The position numbers and the translations under genes were made by a program. A stretch of 32,000 bases of DNA, from the sequence record JAQMWT010000697.1; one strand, given 5' to 3'. This document shows positions 18,104 through 31,058 of the stretch, in pieces. Under the pieces are notes generated by a model. The model made no database searches. It saw only the letters and a list, made by a program, of their open reading frames with translations, and was not told the DNA's origin. How positions within the stretch are numbered: the stretch's first letter is position 1; each line of letters starts with the position of its first letter.

Positions 18104-19069
18104 TTAAAAGGTAAGGTCTTTTCGTTTTGATGCTTTCAGTTGGTTATAATTTAAATATTTTAGCTTATTTAAAATTTGCTCAAAATATTGTTTAAAATAA
18201 TTATCTAGGGTTAATAAGTCATCAGACGAAATCTTAAAGATTTGTTCAATCTTTTTATAATTAATAATGAAATTTTCTTGCCCTGAAAATATTTCAATAA
18301 AAGATAACCGGTCAGCAATATTCCAGCTCCATTGAAAAAAGTTTGTTATTTTTCTACTTATTTTGACACCAAAAATTGGCAGTTGATTATAGGTTGCTTC
18401 TTGCCCAGATAAATCTTCACACATTTTTATAATTTCGGAAGATAGTAAGGGTTTTGGATTTCCAAGAGCAAAACATGCATTTTCTGTTTCTTGAATTGTC
18501 AAACTTCTTAAACAAAATTTCGCTATATCTTCAGTATCCATATATGAAACTGGTAAGGACTCTTTTACAATATAAATTGGTTGCTGCTCAAGAACAGGAA
18601 GGGCGTATTGACCAATCAGCCCCTGAAAAAATCCAGAGATTTGAAAAATAGTATAGTTAATACCAGAATTTTGTAAAATTAATTCAAATTTTGATTTTAA
18701 TTTCATTAATGGTATATAGTTATATTTTTCTGCATTTAATATAGAAAAAAATATAAAACGTTTTATATTCGCAACCTTTGCAGCTTGTAATAAAGCGATT
18801 TTTCCATCCCAATCAATATCTTTTACATTTAAATTGTCAGTAGGTCGACCTGTTGATGCGTCAATTACAACAGTTATCCCTTTAAGAGACTCAGGCAAAG
18901 ACTCTGGAAAATTTAAATCTCCATAAACCAATTCAGCTCCCCATTCACGTAGAAACGCAGCTTTTTTTGTATTCCGAACTAAGCAGCGAACCCTATAGCC
19001 CTCATTTAATGCTTTTCGTACAATTTGTCGACCGAGTGTTCCAGTTGCTCCAATTATTAATAAAGGCAT
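18104..19069 (-). CDS. ycf39: Ycf39 (atypical short-chain dehydrogenase/NmrA-like, HCF244 family), 321 aa
   Basis: N-terminal Rossmann motif LIIGATGTLGRQIVRKAL and overall ycf39-like sequence. Confidence 0.88.
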   Translation of the reverse strand: MPLLIIGATGTLGRQIVRKALNEGYRVRCLVRNTKKAAFLREWGAELVYGDLNFPESLPESLKGITVVIDASTGRPTDNLNVKDIDWDGKIALLQAAKVANIKRFIFFSILNAEKYNYIPLMKLKSKFELILQNSGINYTIFQISGFFQGLIGQYALPVLEQQPIYIVKESLPVSYMDTEDIAKFCLRSLTIQETENACFALGNPKPLLSSEIIKMCEDLSGQEATYNQLPIFGVKISRKITNFFQWSWNIADRLSFIEIFSGQENFIINYKKIEQIFKISSDDLLTLDNYFKQYFEQILNKLKYLNYNQLKASKRKDLTF

Positions 19070-19114
19070 CGCTGTTTATAAGTTTATGTTTATAATGTAA
19101 TATTTGCATCAGAA

Positions 19115-20002
19115 TTAGTCATTTGCAAATACACGGCTTTGTAAAATATCAGACGCTTCAATTGTCACGAGATCGCTTTTTGTTAAAACACCTGCATTTG
19201 TTTCAAAAATTCGGTTTGCTTGTCGCATTCGTGCCCGATCTAAGGCATTTCTTACACTTCTTGCATTAGCAAATAAGGGTTTTTCCATACGCACCTTAAT
19301 ATATTGCATTAATGCTTGTTCACCACTTGCAGTTAGTTGATATTGTTGTTCCTCAATCATATTTATACCAATTTGTAATAATTCATCTGGAGCGTAGTCC
19401 GGAAAATGGACGTGATTAGTAATACGGGAAGATAGTCCTGGGTTTGATTCATAAAATTTGTCCATTTTCTCTTTATACCCAGCAAAAATTATAACAATGT
19501 CATCACGTTGATTTTCCATAACTTGTAATAAAATCTCTATGGCTTCAGAACCATAATCTCGTTCGTTATCGGGTTTATATAAATAATAAGCTTCATCAAT
19601 AAATAGTACTCCCCCCATAGCTTTTTTAAGTATTTCTTTTGTTTTCGGCGCGGTATGACCAATATATTGTCCAACTAAATCATCACGTGTAACAGTCATA
19701 AGATGACCTTTACGACTATAATTTAACTTGTATAAAATATCCGCCATTTTTAACGCTACAGTAGTTTTACCAGTACCAGGACTACCCGTAAATGACATAT
19801 GTAATCCCGGGTTACTTCCCGTTAATCCAATTTTTTGTCTTAATCGATCCACTAATAATAACGCTGAAATTTCCCGTATACGAGTTTTAACGGGTTTTAA
19901 TCCAATCAATTCTTCTTCTAAAATATCTAAAATACTCTGAATTTCAGTATTGTTATATTCTTCTTTCAAGTTAACCGAATTACTAGTTAAGGTTGTAGTC
20001 AT
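19115..20002 (-). CDS. cbbX: CbbX, red-type Rubisco activase (AAA+), 295 aa
   Basis: [14 protein letters not shown]..., Walker [10 protein letters not shown], Walker [10 protein letters not shown]. Located downstream of Form ID rbcL-rbcS. Confidence 0.96.
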   Translation of the reverse strand: MTTTLTSNSVNLKEEYNNTEIQSILDILEEELIGLKPVKTRIREISALLLVDRLRQKIGLTGSNPGLHMSFTGSPGTGKTTVALKMADILYKLNYSRKGHLMTVTRDDLVGQYIGHTAPKTKEILKKAMGGVLFIDEAYYLYKPDNERDYGSEAIEILLQVMENQRDDIVIIFAGYKEKMDKFYESNPGLSSRITNHVHFPDYAPDELLQIGINMIEEQQYQLTASGEQALMQYIKVRMEKPLFANARSVRNALDRARMRQANRIFETNAGVLTKSDLVTIEASDILQSRVFAND

Positions 20003-20687
20003 TTTTATTTTAAGATTATAAATAAATTAATATATATACTTTGTTCGTAAATTTATTTTTATCCTATATATATTTAAATGCTAAGGTTTAATCCTAAATT
20101 TACAAAAACTCAGCTGTTAGTTATAGTCAAATTATACAATGAATTTCTAATTATAGTCGTAGTTTTTGCTTTATATAAGTTAAATGATTATATAACACGT
20201 TACTCACAAATAATTTCGACAAATATAAAAAGAAATAATTTTATTCTTTAAATTATTTTCCGTATAAAACTTTATACCTAATAGTTTTTATATAGAGCCC
20301 GAATATATTAATAATATACTTTCGAGAGTAAATAAATAACTTATAGGCAGGCAATATTATGATTAATGAGCCAGGATCTACATTTTTCAATGTAAGTCTA
20401 AGATCTAAATTTTCAGATTAAATACATTAATAATTGTTGTTCTAGTGTATCAGGATTAAATATTGACCACATAAACAAGATTTAGCTGTTAAATTTTTTC
20501 TAAATTTTATTAAACATTAATTTTTGATTGAAAATTTAATGTACGCACGAAGACATTTTTAGGATTGGCCTATTAATAAGTTAGATTGCTTTCCCTTATT
20601 CGTTCAAACTTAAAAAAATTTAACTGGATTTTATAAATTTAAATCCTTTACTAATGTTGTCTTAAATTAATTAATTTCACTAAAAAA

Positions 20688-20724
20688 TAGAAATGGCGAA
20701 GTTTAAAAAATATCGCCATTTCTA
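20688..20724 (-). terminator. rbcS 3' stem-loop (12-bp perfect stem, 13-nt loop)
   Basis: TAGAAATGGCGA (20688-20699) pairs with TCGCCATTTCTA (20713-20724). Lies 12 nt after the rbcS stop. Confidence 0.6.
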
Positions 20725-20736
20725 AAAAGTTAAGTA

Positions 20737-21156
20737 TTAATAACGTGCACCTGCTGGTTTAGCTTCAACAACATAAGAACTGATAGAATACTTTTGGAAT
20801 CGACCAGCACCTTCTTGACGTGCTATATAGAACCCAGGTTCACTTGATGGGCGAGACGCAATAAAAGATAACACACAACTTTCTGTACCCTTACCAGCGT
20901 CAAAAGCTTGAAGTTTGATATAACCTTCGGGATTTATCTTACGGCATTCATTTAATTCATAAATAACAGCTGCTGAATCTTTACAATCAAATAAAGGTAA
21001 CCCCCACATATCCCAATATGTGTTACGTGGATGTGGGTCATCAGTCCACTCAATACTTACGGCCCAACCTTTAGAGATAGCATAATCAACTTGTTTTTGA
21101 ATTTGTGCATCAGTTAAATCCGGTAAAAATGAAAAAGCTCCTTGTGTAATTCTCAC
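20737..21156 (-). CDS. rbcS: Rubisco small subunit, red type (139 aa), GTG start
   Basis: (M)RITQGAFSFLPDLTDAQIQKQVDYAISKGWAV... is a typical Form ID small subunit. The first codon (21156-21154) is GTG. Confidence 0.97.
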   Translation of the reverse strand: MRITQGAFSFLPDLTDAQIQKQVDYAISKGWAVSIEWTDDPHPRNTYWDMWGLPLFDCKDSAAVIYELNECRKINPEGYIKLQAFDAGKGTESCVLSFIASRPSSEPGFYIARQEGAGRFQKYSISSYVVEAKPAGARY

Positions 21157-21165
21157 TTTTCAATA

Positions 21166-21171
21166 CTCCTT
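21166..21171 (-). promoter_or_regulatory. Shine-Dalgarno AAGGAG for rbcS
   Basis: Minus strand reads AAGGAG-TATTGAAAA-GTG. Lies in the 39-nt rbcL-rbcS spacer. Confidence 0.6.
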
Positions 21172-21195
21172 ATTTTTTTTAATAAATTTTTTAGT

Positions 21196-22662
<1,467 letters not shown>

Positions 22663-22667
22663 TTATT

Positions 22668-22672
22668 CCTCC
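22668..22672 (-). promoter_or_regulatory. Shine-Dalgarno GGAGG for rbcL
   Basis: Minus strand reads AAAGGAGGAATAA-ATG. GGAGG sits 5 nt before the start. Confidence 0.65.
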
Positions 22673-23430
22673 TTTAAGGTTTATAACGATAGTGTTTTCT
22701 AATTAATATATAGAAGCTTTAACAATTATTCAAATAATGGAAAGTTTATCAATTCCGTTATTTTTATAACCTTACTAACAAGTATAAGATCTAACAAACA
22801 TTTCATAACTAATATCCTCTTTATATGTTATATAAGTTTTACTTATACGTTTATGGGCTTAAAATAAAAAAAAATAAATTCTTTATTAAAGATAAGCCCG
22901 TTTAAAAATTTCTTGAATTAGCATTCAAAAATAGCAGTACTAATGTGTTCTTATATAACTATTGCAATTTGTCCAATAAAATAAACCAGAAGTTCAATTA
23001 TCTTAAATTAAAATTAGATTGCTTAAAAAAAAACAGGGGAGGAAAAATAACTAAACTCAGAATAATTGGTATTTTATGATTAGAATAACAAAAAATTATA
23101 CTTTATTTATAAACTTTGATTAGGTCTTTTTGTTAACAGCTTATTTAATATGATTTTTTAAGCTTCTAATGTAATTTTGATTAGTTAATTATGGTATAAC
23201 ATAAAAAAATGTAAGATTAAATAAATATGAATATTTTATTGTATTTATAATAATATCTGTCTAATTTGAACCATATTTAACAAGTTAATATAAGTATATT
23301 TCAACTTGTTATTATCAACTAATTTATAAAATCAATGTTTATATTTTTAGTTTATTTATTTCAAATAGTTAAATATAATTATTGAAAAACTGTAATAGAT
23401 TGTAATAACCCCGGTAAACGTTTAATCTTT

Positions 23431-25977
23431 ATGTTTGAACGATTTACAGAGAAAGCTATTAAAGTCGTTATGCTTTCTCAAGAAGAATCTCGACGATTAG
23501 GACATAATTTTGTTGGGACTGAACAGATACTTTTAGGATTAATAGGAGAAAACGGAGGCGTTGCATATAAAGTCTTGCGTTCTCTTGGAGTTACACTTAG
23601 AGAAGCTCGAACAGAAGTAGAAAGAATAATTGGTCGAGGCTCTGGTTTTGTAGCTGTTGAGATACCCTTTACTCCACGTGCAAAACGCGTCTTAGAGATT
23701 GCGATTGAAGAAGCTAGGGATCTAGGCCATGGTTATATTGGAACAGAACATATACTATTAGCTTTATTAGAAGAAGAAATAGGCGTCGGGGTTAGAGTTT
23801 TACAGCAACTTGGATTAGAAATAAACCAGATTAGGACAGAAGTTTTAATCCAAATAGGTGAGGCGATGGACTTAGAGTTAGGAGCTAATCGCGATGAACT
23901 AGGTGATATAGCAACTGTCTCAATTGAGGAATTTACTAGTAATTTAACAGAAGCGGCATTTAATGGAAAATTGGATCCTGTAATTGGGCGTGATGAAGAA
24001 ATTGAGCGCGTTATTCAAATTCTGGTGCGCCGTAGAAAAAACAATCCGGTTTTAATTGGTGAACCTGGTGTAGGCAAAACAGCAGTTGCTGAGGGTCTAG
24101 CACAACGTATAATAAAACGTGAAGTGCCAGACATACTTGAAGAGAGACAGGTTATTAGTCTAGATATCGGTCTTTTACTAGCTGGAACAAAGTACCGTGG
24201 TGAATTTGAAGAACGGGTAAAGCGTATTATGGATGAAGTTCGAACAACTGAAAATATCATTTTAGTAATTGATGAAGTTCATACTTTAATTGGTGCGGGG
24301 GCAGCAGAAGGTGCTGTAGATGCCGCAAACATATTAAAACCTGCTCTAGCGCGCGGCGAACTTCAATGTATTGGTGCAACAACGATTGAAGAATACCGAA
24401 AGCATATTGAGCGTGACGCTGCTTTAGAGCGCCGTTTTCAACCAGTTCATATTGACGAGCCTTCAATTCAGGAAACTATTGAAATTTTACGATGCCTAAG
24501 ATCAAGTTATGAACGTCATCATGGCTTAACAATCACAGATACTGCTTTAGAAGCAGCCGCAAGAATGGGAGCTCAGTATATTGCTGACAGATTTATGCCT
24601 GATAAGGCTATTGATTTAATGGATGAAGCGGGTTCACGAGTACGATTAAAAGCTATTAGAGTACCAGATTCTGCGTCTGAAATAGAAAGTGAATTACGTG
24701 AAGTTCTTAGAGAGAAAGAAAAGTCTATAGCAGAACAAAATTTCGAAGTAGCAGGTGCTATGTTAGATCGTGAATTAGAACTACGGGCTCAGTTATCTGC
24801 AATTGTCTCAACAATGGACCGAGTTCCGGATAATTATGGTACTGCAAAATCTTTATCTACAGTTACTGAAGATGATATTGCCAGTGTTGTTGCCGCATGG
24901 ACGGGCATTCCAGTAAGTAAAATTTCAAAATCTGAATCAGAACAACTTTTACAAATGGAAGAAACGCTTCATAATAGAATTATTGGGCAAGATGCTGCTG
25001 TATCTGCTGTATCTCGGGCTATTCGTCGGGCGCGAGTTGGGTTAAGAAATCCAAATCGTCCAATTGCAAGTTTCTTGTTTTCTGGTCCTACAGGAGTCGG
25101 AAAAACTGAATTGACTAAAGCGTTAGCTTTATATTTCTTTGGTTCTGAAAAGTCCTTGGTTAGATTAGATATGTCCGAATATATGGAACGGCATACAATT
25201 GCAAAATTAATTGGTTCGCCACCAGGATATATTGGATATAGTGAAGGGGGGCAGTTAACTGAAGCTATTAGAAGAAAGCCGTATACAGTCGTTTTATTCG
25301 ATGAAGTTGAAAAAGCACATCCAGATGTGTTCAATTTGTTATTACAAATTTTAGAGGATGGACGATTAACGGATTCTAAGGGACGAACAATTGATTTTAA
25401 AAATTCAATGCTGATATTGACGTCAAATATTGGAGCAAAACAAGTGGAAAAAGCTGCATCCTCTATGGGAGGAGGAGATATTGGATTTAGCAATGCTTTT
25501 TTACTAGAAGGGGATATGGCATATAGCCGTATGTCAACTTTAGTAAATGAAGAATTAAAGAAATTTTTCCGTCCAGAATTCTTAAATCGATTAGACGATA
25601 TTATTGTTTTTAGACAACTGACAAAAAGAGATTTGGGTAAAATTGCAGACCTTATGCTGAAACAATTAACCGAACGTACAGAAGGCAAAAACTTTATTTT
25701 AAAAATAACACAACGTGCGAAAAATGTACTAGTCGATGAAGGTTTCGATCCATCTTATGGAGCACGACCATTACGTCGAGTTATCACAAAACTGCTGGAA
25801 GATAAATTAGCGACTACAGTTTTAGCAGATAATATTGCACCAGGCAGTATGATTATGGTTGATGCGAATGATAGAAAAGAGTTAACTCTTAATGTAAGCC
25901 ATGCACCTAGTGAAAAAGAAAATACTGTTGTTAAAGTTGACAAAAATAAAACCTTAGAAACACCGGTTGTGGCGTAA
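23431..25977 (+). CDS. clpC: ClpC, Clp protease ATP-binding chaperone (848 aa)
   Basis: Clp N-domain repeats, two AAA+ modules (GEPGVGKTA and GPTGVGKTE Walker A motifs) and a UVR-like linker. Typical ClpC. Confidence 0.97.
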   Translation: MFERFTEKAIKVVMLSQEESRRLGHNFVGTEQILLGLIGENGGVAYKVLRSLGVTLREARTEVERIIGRGSGFVAVEIPFTPRAKRVLEIAIEEARDLGHGYIGTEHILLALLEEEIGVGVRVLQQLGLEINQIRTEVLIQIGEAMDLELGANRDELGDIATVSIEEFTSNLTEAAFNGKLDPVIGRDEEIERVIQILVRRRKNNPVLIGEPGVGKTAVAEGLAQRIIKREVPDILEERQVISLDIGLLLAGTKYRGEFEERVKRIMDEVRTTENIILVIDEVHTLIGAGAAEGAVDAANILKPALARGELQCIGATTIEEYRKHIERDAALERRFQPVHIDEPSIQETIEILRCLRSSYERHHGLTITDTALEAAARMGAQYIADRFMPDKAIDLMDEAGSRVRLKAIRVPDSASEIESELREVLREKEKSIAEQNFEVAGAMLDRELELRAQLSAIVSTMDRVPDNYGTAKSLSTVTEDDIASVVAAWTGIPVSKISKSESEQLLQMEETLHNRIIGQDAAVSAVSRAIRRARVGLRNPNRPIASFLFSGPTGVGKTELTKALALYFFGSEKSLVRLDMSEYMERHTIAKLIGSPPGYIGYSEGGQLTEAIRRKPYTVVLFDEVEKAHPDVFNLLLQILEDGRLTDSKGRTIDFKNSMLILTSNIGAKQVEKAASSMGGGDIGFSNAFLLEGDMAYSRMSTLVNEELKKFFRPEFLNRLDDIIVFRQLTKRDLGKIADLMLKQLTERTEGKNFILKITQRAKNVLVDEGFDPSYGARPLRRVITKLLEDKLATTVLADNIAPGSMIMVDANDRKELTLNVSHAPSEKENTVVKVDKNKTLETPVVA

Positions 25978-26004
25978 ACTCTAGTTTTTATAAACTAGAG
26001 TTTA
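25975..26004 (+). terminator. clpC 3' stem-loop (13-bp stem, 4-nt loop) overlapping the stop codon
   Basis: TAAACTCTAGTTT (25975-25987) pairs with AAACTAGAGTTTA (25992-26004). Confidence 0.6.
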
Positions 26005-26099
26005 AGGAATAAAAATTTTGTTTTAAACTGCAAAAATTCAATTTATTTGTAGTTATAAATGTGTTATGCATTCTTAGTTAAGATGGAAGTATGATTGAA

Positions 26100-26172
26100 A
26101 GCTAGTGAAGAGACTTGAACTCCCGACCAGCTGATTACAAATCAGCTGCTCTACCAACTGAGCTACACTAGC
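26100..26172 (-). tRNA. trnT: tRNA-Thr (UGU)
   Basis: Reverse complement GCTAGTGTAGCTCAGTTGGTAGAGCAGCTGATTTGTAATCAGCTGGTCGGGAGTTCAAGTCTCTTCACTAGCT. Anticodon loop TTTGTAA. Confidence 0.9.
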
Positions 26173-26258
26173 TAAAATTTATATTAATATATATATATAA
26201 TTTTTTTTTATTTTAATCAATTTTTTTTATTTAAAAAATTGAGTGCTATTTATTTTGA

Positions 26259-26594
26259 CTAAAAAATTAAATAATCAAATGTCAACGGATCGTGAACAAT
26301 AATATTTGCTAATATTTTTCGATTGATAGCAATTTTTTTCTTTTTTAATTGAGAAATAACTTGGCTATAATTTTTTCCCTGACGACTAACCTGTGCATTT
26401 ATACAAGCGATCCATTTTTTTCGTTGTGTACGTTTAAAAAGCTTTCGACCAGTATAAGAGTATTTTTTTGCTTTTAGTACTTGTTGATTTGCTGTTCGAA
26501 AAAGACGTGACGTCGAACCATTATACCCTTTTGCTAATTTTAAAACTGACTTTCTTCTTTTTTTAGCTACAGCACCACGTTTTACACGTACCAT
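26259..26594 (-). CDS. rpl20: 50S ribosomal protein L20 (111 aa)
   Basis: MVRVKRGAVAKKRRKSVLKLAKGY... is a canonical L20 N-terminus. Confidence 0.96.
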   Translation of the reverse strand: MVRVKRGAVAKKRRKSVLKLAKGYNGSTSRLFRTANQQVLKAKKYSYTGRKLFKRTQRKKWIACINAQVSRQGKNYSQVISQLKKKKIAINRKILANIIVHDPLTFDYLIF

Positions 26595-26613
26595 ATTTCT
26601 TTATTCTTTAGTT

Positions 26614-26808
26614 TTAGTAAGGTAACATATAGTATATATTTTTTGAATCCCCTTTACAAGCTATTCCGCTAGTTCGAAAATACCTTTTTTGTTTTTGTGA
26701 TTTTTTTTCTAATATATGTGCTTTATACGGCCTTTTATAAAGAACGACTTTATTTTTTGTTCTGCGATACCGTTTTTTTGCGGATTGACGCGTTTTTAAT
26801 TTTGGCAT
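26614..26808 (-). CDS. rpl35: 50S ribosomal protein L35 (64 aa)
   Basis: MPKLKTRQSAKKRYRRTKNK...H.LEKKS is an L35 pattern. Lies immediately upstream of rpl20, the conserved pair. Confidence 0.93.
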   Translation of the reverse strand: MPKLKTRQSAKKRYRRTKNKVVLYKRPYKAHILEKKSQKQKRYFRTSGIACKGDSKNIYYMLPY

Positions 26809-26977
26809 TTATAATAATATAATTATGAACTTTTGATTAATAAACTATATCATTTTTTTGATAAAAATCAATAATTATAAAATAGTTTAAATATTACAAA
26901 CTAAACAATACAATATTTACTTTTCTAAGGTATAATGCTATAATACGCTAAAATCGAAATTTATAACTTTAAACTAT

Positions 26978-27067
26978 ATGGATATTTTAAGCCTTGGATA
27001 CGCATGCTTAATGGTTACTTTTACCTTTTCTCTTTCATTAGTTGTTTGGGGTAGAAATGGATTTTAA
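26978..27067 (+). CDS. petN: Cytochrome b6f subunit PetN (29 aa)
   Basis: Hand translation: [29 protein letters not shown]. Compare the PetN consensus [29 protein letters not shown]. Not in the ORF track. Confidence 0.93.
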   Translation: MDILSLGYACLMVTFTFSLSLVVWGRNGF

Positions 27068-27103
27068 ATAAATATATATAAATAGTTTATATATAAAAAA
27101 ATA

Positions 27104-27199
27104 ATGGATGAAATTATTTCAACAGCAATAGTTTGCTGTGCAATGACATTAACAGGTATTTCATTAGGTTTTGTTTTATTAAAAATACAAGCAAGTTAG
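27104..27199 (+). CDS. petM: Cytochrome b6f subunit PetM (31 aa)
   Basis: Hand translation: MDEIISTAIVCCAMTLTGISLGFVLLKIQAS*. The G..LGF.LLKIQ motif is typical of PetM. Not in the ORF track. Confidence 0.8.
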   Translation: MDEIISTAIVCCAMTLTGISLGFVLLKIQAS

Positions 27200-27604
27200 T
27201 TTTTTTCTGTTACATAAAACTAATAAAAATTATTTATCTAGCATTTATAGAAAAATTGTAAACATTGTCAAATTTAACCTGAATATTTAAATTAAAAGAT
27301 AAGTTTATTTTTTAATACTTTTACTTATTAATATAATATACCAAAAAATTCTAACTTACGTTAAAAATTTCGAAAAAAATGTAAAGAATTAACAATAAAT
27401 AAAGAATGCCACACAAAAGAACTAATAAACCTTAAATTTTAATAAATAATAAAACCCGAAAGTTATTAACTAAGTTATAATAAAATTGAATTCGATATCT
27501 TTATAAAATTACTAAAATTTAACAGTTTTTTTAACGAATCGCTACTTAAAACTTTACAAACCGGTTTCTAGTAGATAATATAGATTTAGGATTAGAAACA
27601 AGAA

Positions 27605-27677
27605 GGCGGTATAGCTAAGTTGGTAAGGCAGAGGATTGCAAATCCTTAATTCCCCAGTTCGAGTCTGGGTGCCGCCT
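27605..27677 (+). tRNA. trnC: tRNA-Cys (GCA)
   Basis: GGCGGTA/TGCCGCC acceptor, anticodon arm GAGGA-TTGCAAA-TCCTT, T arm CCCAG-TTCGAGT-CTGGG. 73 nt. Confidence 0.9.
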
Positions 27678-27687
27678 AATCTGCTTC

Positions 27688-27771
27688 GGGAGAGTGGTGG
27701 AATGGTAGACACAATGGACTTAAAATCCATTGGCTTTTATAGCCGTGAGGGTTCAAGTCCCTCCTCTCCTA
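27688..27771 (+). tRNA. trnL: tRNA-Leu (UAA), class II, no group I intron
   Basis: GGGAGAGTGGTGGAATGGTAGACAC... with anticodon arm ATGGA-CTTAAAA-TCCAT uninterrupted, variable arm GGCT-TTTA-TAGCC and T arm GAGGG-TTCAAGT-CCCTC. 84 nt. Confidence 0.92.
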
Positions 27772-27782
27772 ATTGTTATTAT

Positions 27783-28289
27783 TTAATTTATATACTGAAC
27801 TCCAGAATTATGATATTTATTTCGGACTAGGGCAATTTTACCTGTTTTTGCAATTTCAAGAATATTAAATTTTTTAAGTATTTGTTCAAATGCAATTATT
27901 TTATTTGATTCACCGGTCACTTCAATAGTAATATATTGATCAGAAAAATCAACAATTTTCGCATTAAAAACTTTAACAATATCTAAAATTTCTGATCTGG
28001 TTTGAGAATAAGTTTCGACTTTTACCAGCATTAATTCACGACTTACATTTGGAAGTGTTGTAATGTCTTGTACTTTTCGAACATTTATTAATTTATAGAG
28101 TTGTTTAGTTAATTGTTCAATTGTATGGTTATCACCAGGTACAACCATTGTTATCCGCGATATATGTTTTTTTTCAGCTGGGCCAACCGAAAGACTTTCA
28201 ATATTAAACCCGCGTCTTGCAAAGAGCCCAGCAATCCTTGTCAAAACACCCGCTTCATTTTCAACTAGGACAGATAAAGTATGTCTCAT
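27783..28289 (-). CDS. ilvH: Acetolactate synthase small (regulatory) subunit (168 aa)
   Basis: [33 protein letters not shown]... is a canonical ACT-domain IlvH N-terminus. Confidence 0.95.
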   Translation of the reverse strand: MRHTLSVLVENEAGVLTRIAGLFARRGFNIESLSVGPAEKKHISRITMVVPGDNHTIEQLTKQLYKLINVRKVQDITTLPNVSRELMLVKVETYSQTRSEILDIVKVFNAKIVDFSDQYITIEVTGESNKIIAFEQILKKFNILEIAKTGKIALVRNKYHNSGVQYIN

Positions 28290-28307
28290 GTTTAATTGTT
28301 AAGTAAT

Positions 28308-28334
28308 AAACTGGTATATGGTTAATACCAGTTT
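28308..28334 (-). terminator. petA 3' stem-loop (9-bp stem, 9-nt loop)
   Basis: AAACTGGTA (28308-28316) pairs with TACCAGTTT (28326-28334). Lies 8 nt after the petA stop, in the petA-ilvH spacer. Confidence 0.45.
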
Positions 28335-28342
28335 TATAAAAT

Positions 28343-29320
28343 TTAAAAATTCATCTCAGCTGCTTGTACTTTCTCATATTGTTTTTTCTTTATAACTAAA
28401 AATATTTGGCATAATAAAATAGCTAAAGAAAATATTAAATAACCAACTATACGATTTGGGTTTTGCAATACAATTTCAGTTTCTGCCTGGCCAAACCCTC
28501 CAATATTAGGATCAGTAGTTAATAAGTCGTCTTTTTTAATCGTCTGGCCTGGCTTTACCACTATATTTAGACCTTTTGCAATTTTTTCATCAATGATAGA
28601 TCCCTCTGACGTTTTTATACTTACATCAAATATACCATTATTACTTTCACGAATTTCAGCAACTTTTCCTGTAGTGCTAGCTATAATTGGATTATTATTA
28701 GACTTTTCACCATTTGGATTTATTTGGCCTCGACCTCGGTTAGCGCCAACATAAATAGGGTATTTTAAGAATTTAGCCGTTGCTGATTTTGTAGGATCCG
28801 GAGCTAAAATGGGAAAGGTAATCTCTCGATTTTTATCACCTAATATTGGGCCTACCACAAGTATGTTTTCAGATTTTGAACTGTAAGGTGAAATATATAC
28901 ACCTTTGTTTTTTGTTTTTATTTCATCTGGAACTCGTTTAGGTGGAGCTAATTTAAAACCTTCGGGCAATATTACTACAGCCCCAACATTTAATGGACCT
29001 CTTTCTCCAGTTGCTAGCAATTGCTTTTTATTAACATCATAAGGAATTTTTACCACAGCTTCAAAAACCGTATCTGGCAAAATTGCTGATGGAGATTCAA
29101 TTGAAACTGGTTTTTGAGCTAAATGGCAATTTGCACATGCAATTCTACCATTTGCTTCACGTGGATTTGTATAAGCTTGCTGAGCATAAATAGGATATCC
29201 AATTCCTTTTACGGGCATAAATAATATTACTAAGCAAACACCAACGATGATAACTGTTTTTGTTCGAGTATCTAACTGTACAAATTTGTCCGAAATACGT
29301 TTTGTAATTTTTTTAATCAT
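28343..29320 (-). CDS. petA: Cytochrome f precursor (325 aa)
   Basis: Signal peptide, then the mature N-terminus [27 protein letters not shown] with the CxxCH heme site, and a C-terminal TM anchor. Confidence 0.98.
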   Translation of the reverse strand: MIKKITKRISDKFVQLDTRTKTVIIVGVCLVILFMPVKGIGYPIYAQQAYTNPREANGRIACANCHLAQKPVSIESPSAILPDTVFEAVVKIPYDVNKKQLLATGERGPLNVGAVVILPEGFKLAPPKRVPDEIKTKNKGVYISPYSSKSENILVVGPILGDKNREITFPILAPDPTKSATAKFLKYPIYVGANRGRGQINPNGEKSNNNPIIASTTGKVAEIRESNNGIFDVSIKTSEGSIIDEKIAKGLNIVVKPGQTIKKDDLLTTDPNIGGFGQAETEIVLQNPNRIVGYLIFSLAILLCQIFLVIKKKQYEKVQAAEMNF

Positions 29321-29631
29321 TTAAATTTTCTTGTTTATTAGAGTTCAATGTTCCTATAAAGAAAAGTTACTTCACATTATTACTTAAAAATAAATTTATG
29401 TCAAGCAAATTTCCGTTTTATGGAAGTAAACCCTTTATATTTATTATAATAACTTTATCATACTTTATCATACAATAAACTTTTTATATGTGTTGATAAT
29501 TAAACATATACTAATTATCAGAGTATTATAATTATCTTTGTTAATAAAACTGATAGGATGAAATTTTTAGATTAAACTAAATTTAGTCAAATCAGGTTGT
29601 AAGTATTTGGTTTAGTTTTAAAAAGTACCCA

Positions 29632-30348
29632 ATGGATTTTATAAATAATTCGATACTTATTGCTGGTGTAGAAATAGGTACCCATTATTATTGGGAAATT
29701 GGTGGGTTGTCCTTACACGGGCAAGTATTTATTGTTAGCTGGGTTGTGATTGGTCTATTATTAGTCGCATCTTTTTTAGGTGCAAATAATCCCCAGCGGA
29801 TTCCAGAAAGTTGGCAAAATTTTATGGAATCAACGGTTGAATTTACACAGGATATAGCCCGAAACCAACTAGGAGAAAGTTCGTATAGAACATGGTTACC
29901 TTTTGTCAGTACTTTATTTTTATTTATTTTTGGTTGTAATTGGGCGGGAGCTATAATACCTTGGAAATTAATCACTCTGCCAGAAGGTGAATTAGCTGCT
30001 CCAACCAATGATATAAATACTACAGTGGCATTGGCATTATTAACATCATTAGCATATTTTTATGCCGGGTTAAGAAAAAAAGGGTTGGGTTATTTTAAAC
30101 GATATCTAGAACCTACTCCTATATTATTGCCGATTAATATTCTTGAAGATTTTACAAAACCTTTATCTTTAAGTTTTCGGTTGTTTGGTAATGTTTTAGC
30201 AGATGAGTTGACTATCTCGGTATTAGTTCTACTAGTCCCTTTATTCATTCCTTTACCAATTATGGCATTGGGAATTTTTGCCGGTTCTGTACAAGCTTTG
30301 ATTTTTTCGACATTGGCGGCTGCTTATATTCATGAAGCGCTAGAATAA
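29632..30348 (+). CDS. atpI: ATP synthase CF0 subunit a (238 aa)
   Basis: Typical subunit a with [14 protein letters not shown] and the C-terminal AAYIHEALE. Confidence 0.97.
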   Translation: MDFINNSILIAGVEIGTHYYWEIGGLSLHGQVFIVSWVVIGLLLVASFLGANNPQRIPESWQNFMESTVEFTQDIARNQLGESSYRTWLPFVSTLFLFIFGCNWAGAIIPWKLITLPEGELAAPTNDINTTVALALLTSLAYFYAGLRKKGLGYFKRYLEPTPILLPINILEDFTKPLSLSFRLFGNVLADELTISVLVLLVPLFIPLPIMALGIFAGSVQALIFSTLAAAYIHEALE

Positions 30349-30403
30349 TTTAACTAGTGTTGAAAAAAATCGTTACATTAAAAATTAAGAAATTTAAGGA
30401 TAA

Positions 30404-30661
<258 letters not shown>

Positions 30662-30674
30662 TTTTTAGTTCTTC

Positions 30675-30699
30675 TAGGAATAGAAATTATCTATTCCTA
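30675..30699 (+). terminator. atpH 3' stem-loop (10-bp stem, 5-nt loop)
   Basis: TAGGAATAGA (30675-30684) pairs with TCTATTCCTA (30690-30699). Lies 14 nt after the atpH stop and may act as an intra-operon attenuator or stabiliser. Confidence 0.5.
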
Positions 30700-31058
30700 T
30701 AAAAAATTTCATCGATATAGAATTTTACATAAAACAATTTTTCAATTAGGAAAAATTGAAAATAAAAATTATTTTATGTAATTTATATTTCTAAAGAACT
30801 GCTAACAGACAAATTCGCTGTTCTTAATTCTGCTAATAATAATGTGCAGAAAGTAATAGCTGATATGTATTGGTGTCGTTGTTAAATTTTATAGGTAATT
30901 AAATATAGCATTATTCTATTTTGGCAGTTAAAAGATTTTTTTATAACAGTTATAAGGTTAAAAAGATAATTTAATAAATTAAATTTTAATATATTTTAAC
31001 GGCTCCTTTTTTGAACATGCTCATAATAAGTTGATTTAAATTTCCGGAACAATAAAAA

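Noticed and set aside
20078-20251. 57-codon plus-strand ORF in the 734-bp rbcS-cbbX spacer (MLRFNPKFTKTQLLVIVKLYNEFLIIVVVFALY...)
   Set aside because: It has no SD and no family resemblance that I can recognise. It lies on the opposite strand from all neighbours, and its composition mirrors the AT-rich spacer. An open frame of this length is mildly unexpected in such DNA, so it could be rechecked with transcript data, but I cannot support it as a gene.
24969-25688. 239-aa ORF, plus smaller ones at 24015-24260, 24257-24466 and 25755-25943, on the minus strand
   Set aside because: All are antisense to clpC, whose AAA+ motifs are unambiguous. They are low-complexity Ser/Ile/Asn-rich products with no start context.
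29452-29471. Direct tandem duplication ACTTTATCAT x2 in the petA-atpI divergent spacer
   Set aside because: It has only two 10-nt units of AT-rich sequence. This is consistent with replication slippage and shows no sign of a functional array.
30726-30780. Nested AT-only inverted repeats (TACATAAAA/TTTTATGTA enclosing CAATTTTT/AAAAATTG) in the 397-bp atpH-atpG spacer
   Set aside because: The stems are short, pure A/T and interrupted by a 13-nt bulge. Similar matches are expected by chance in this composition.
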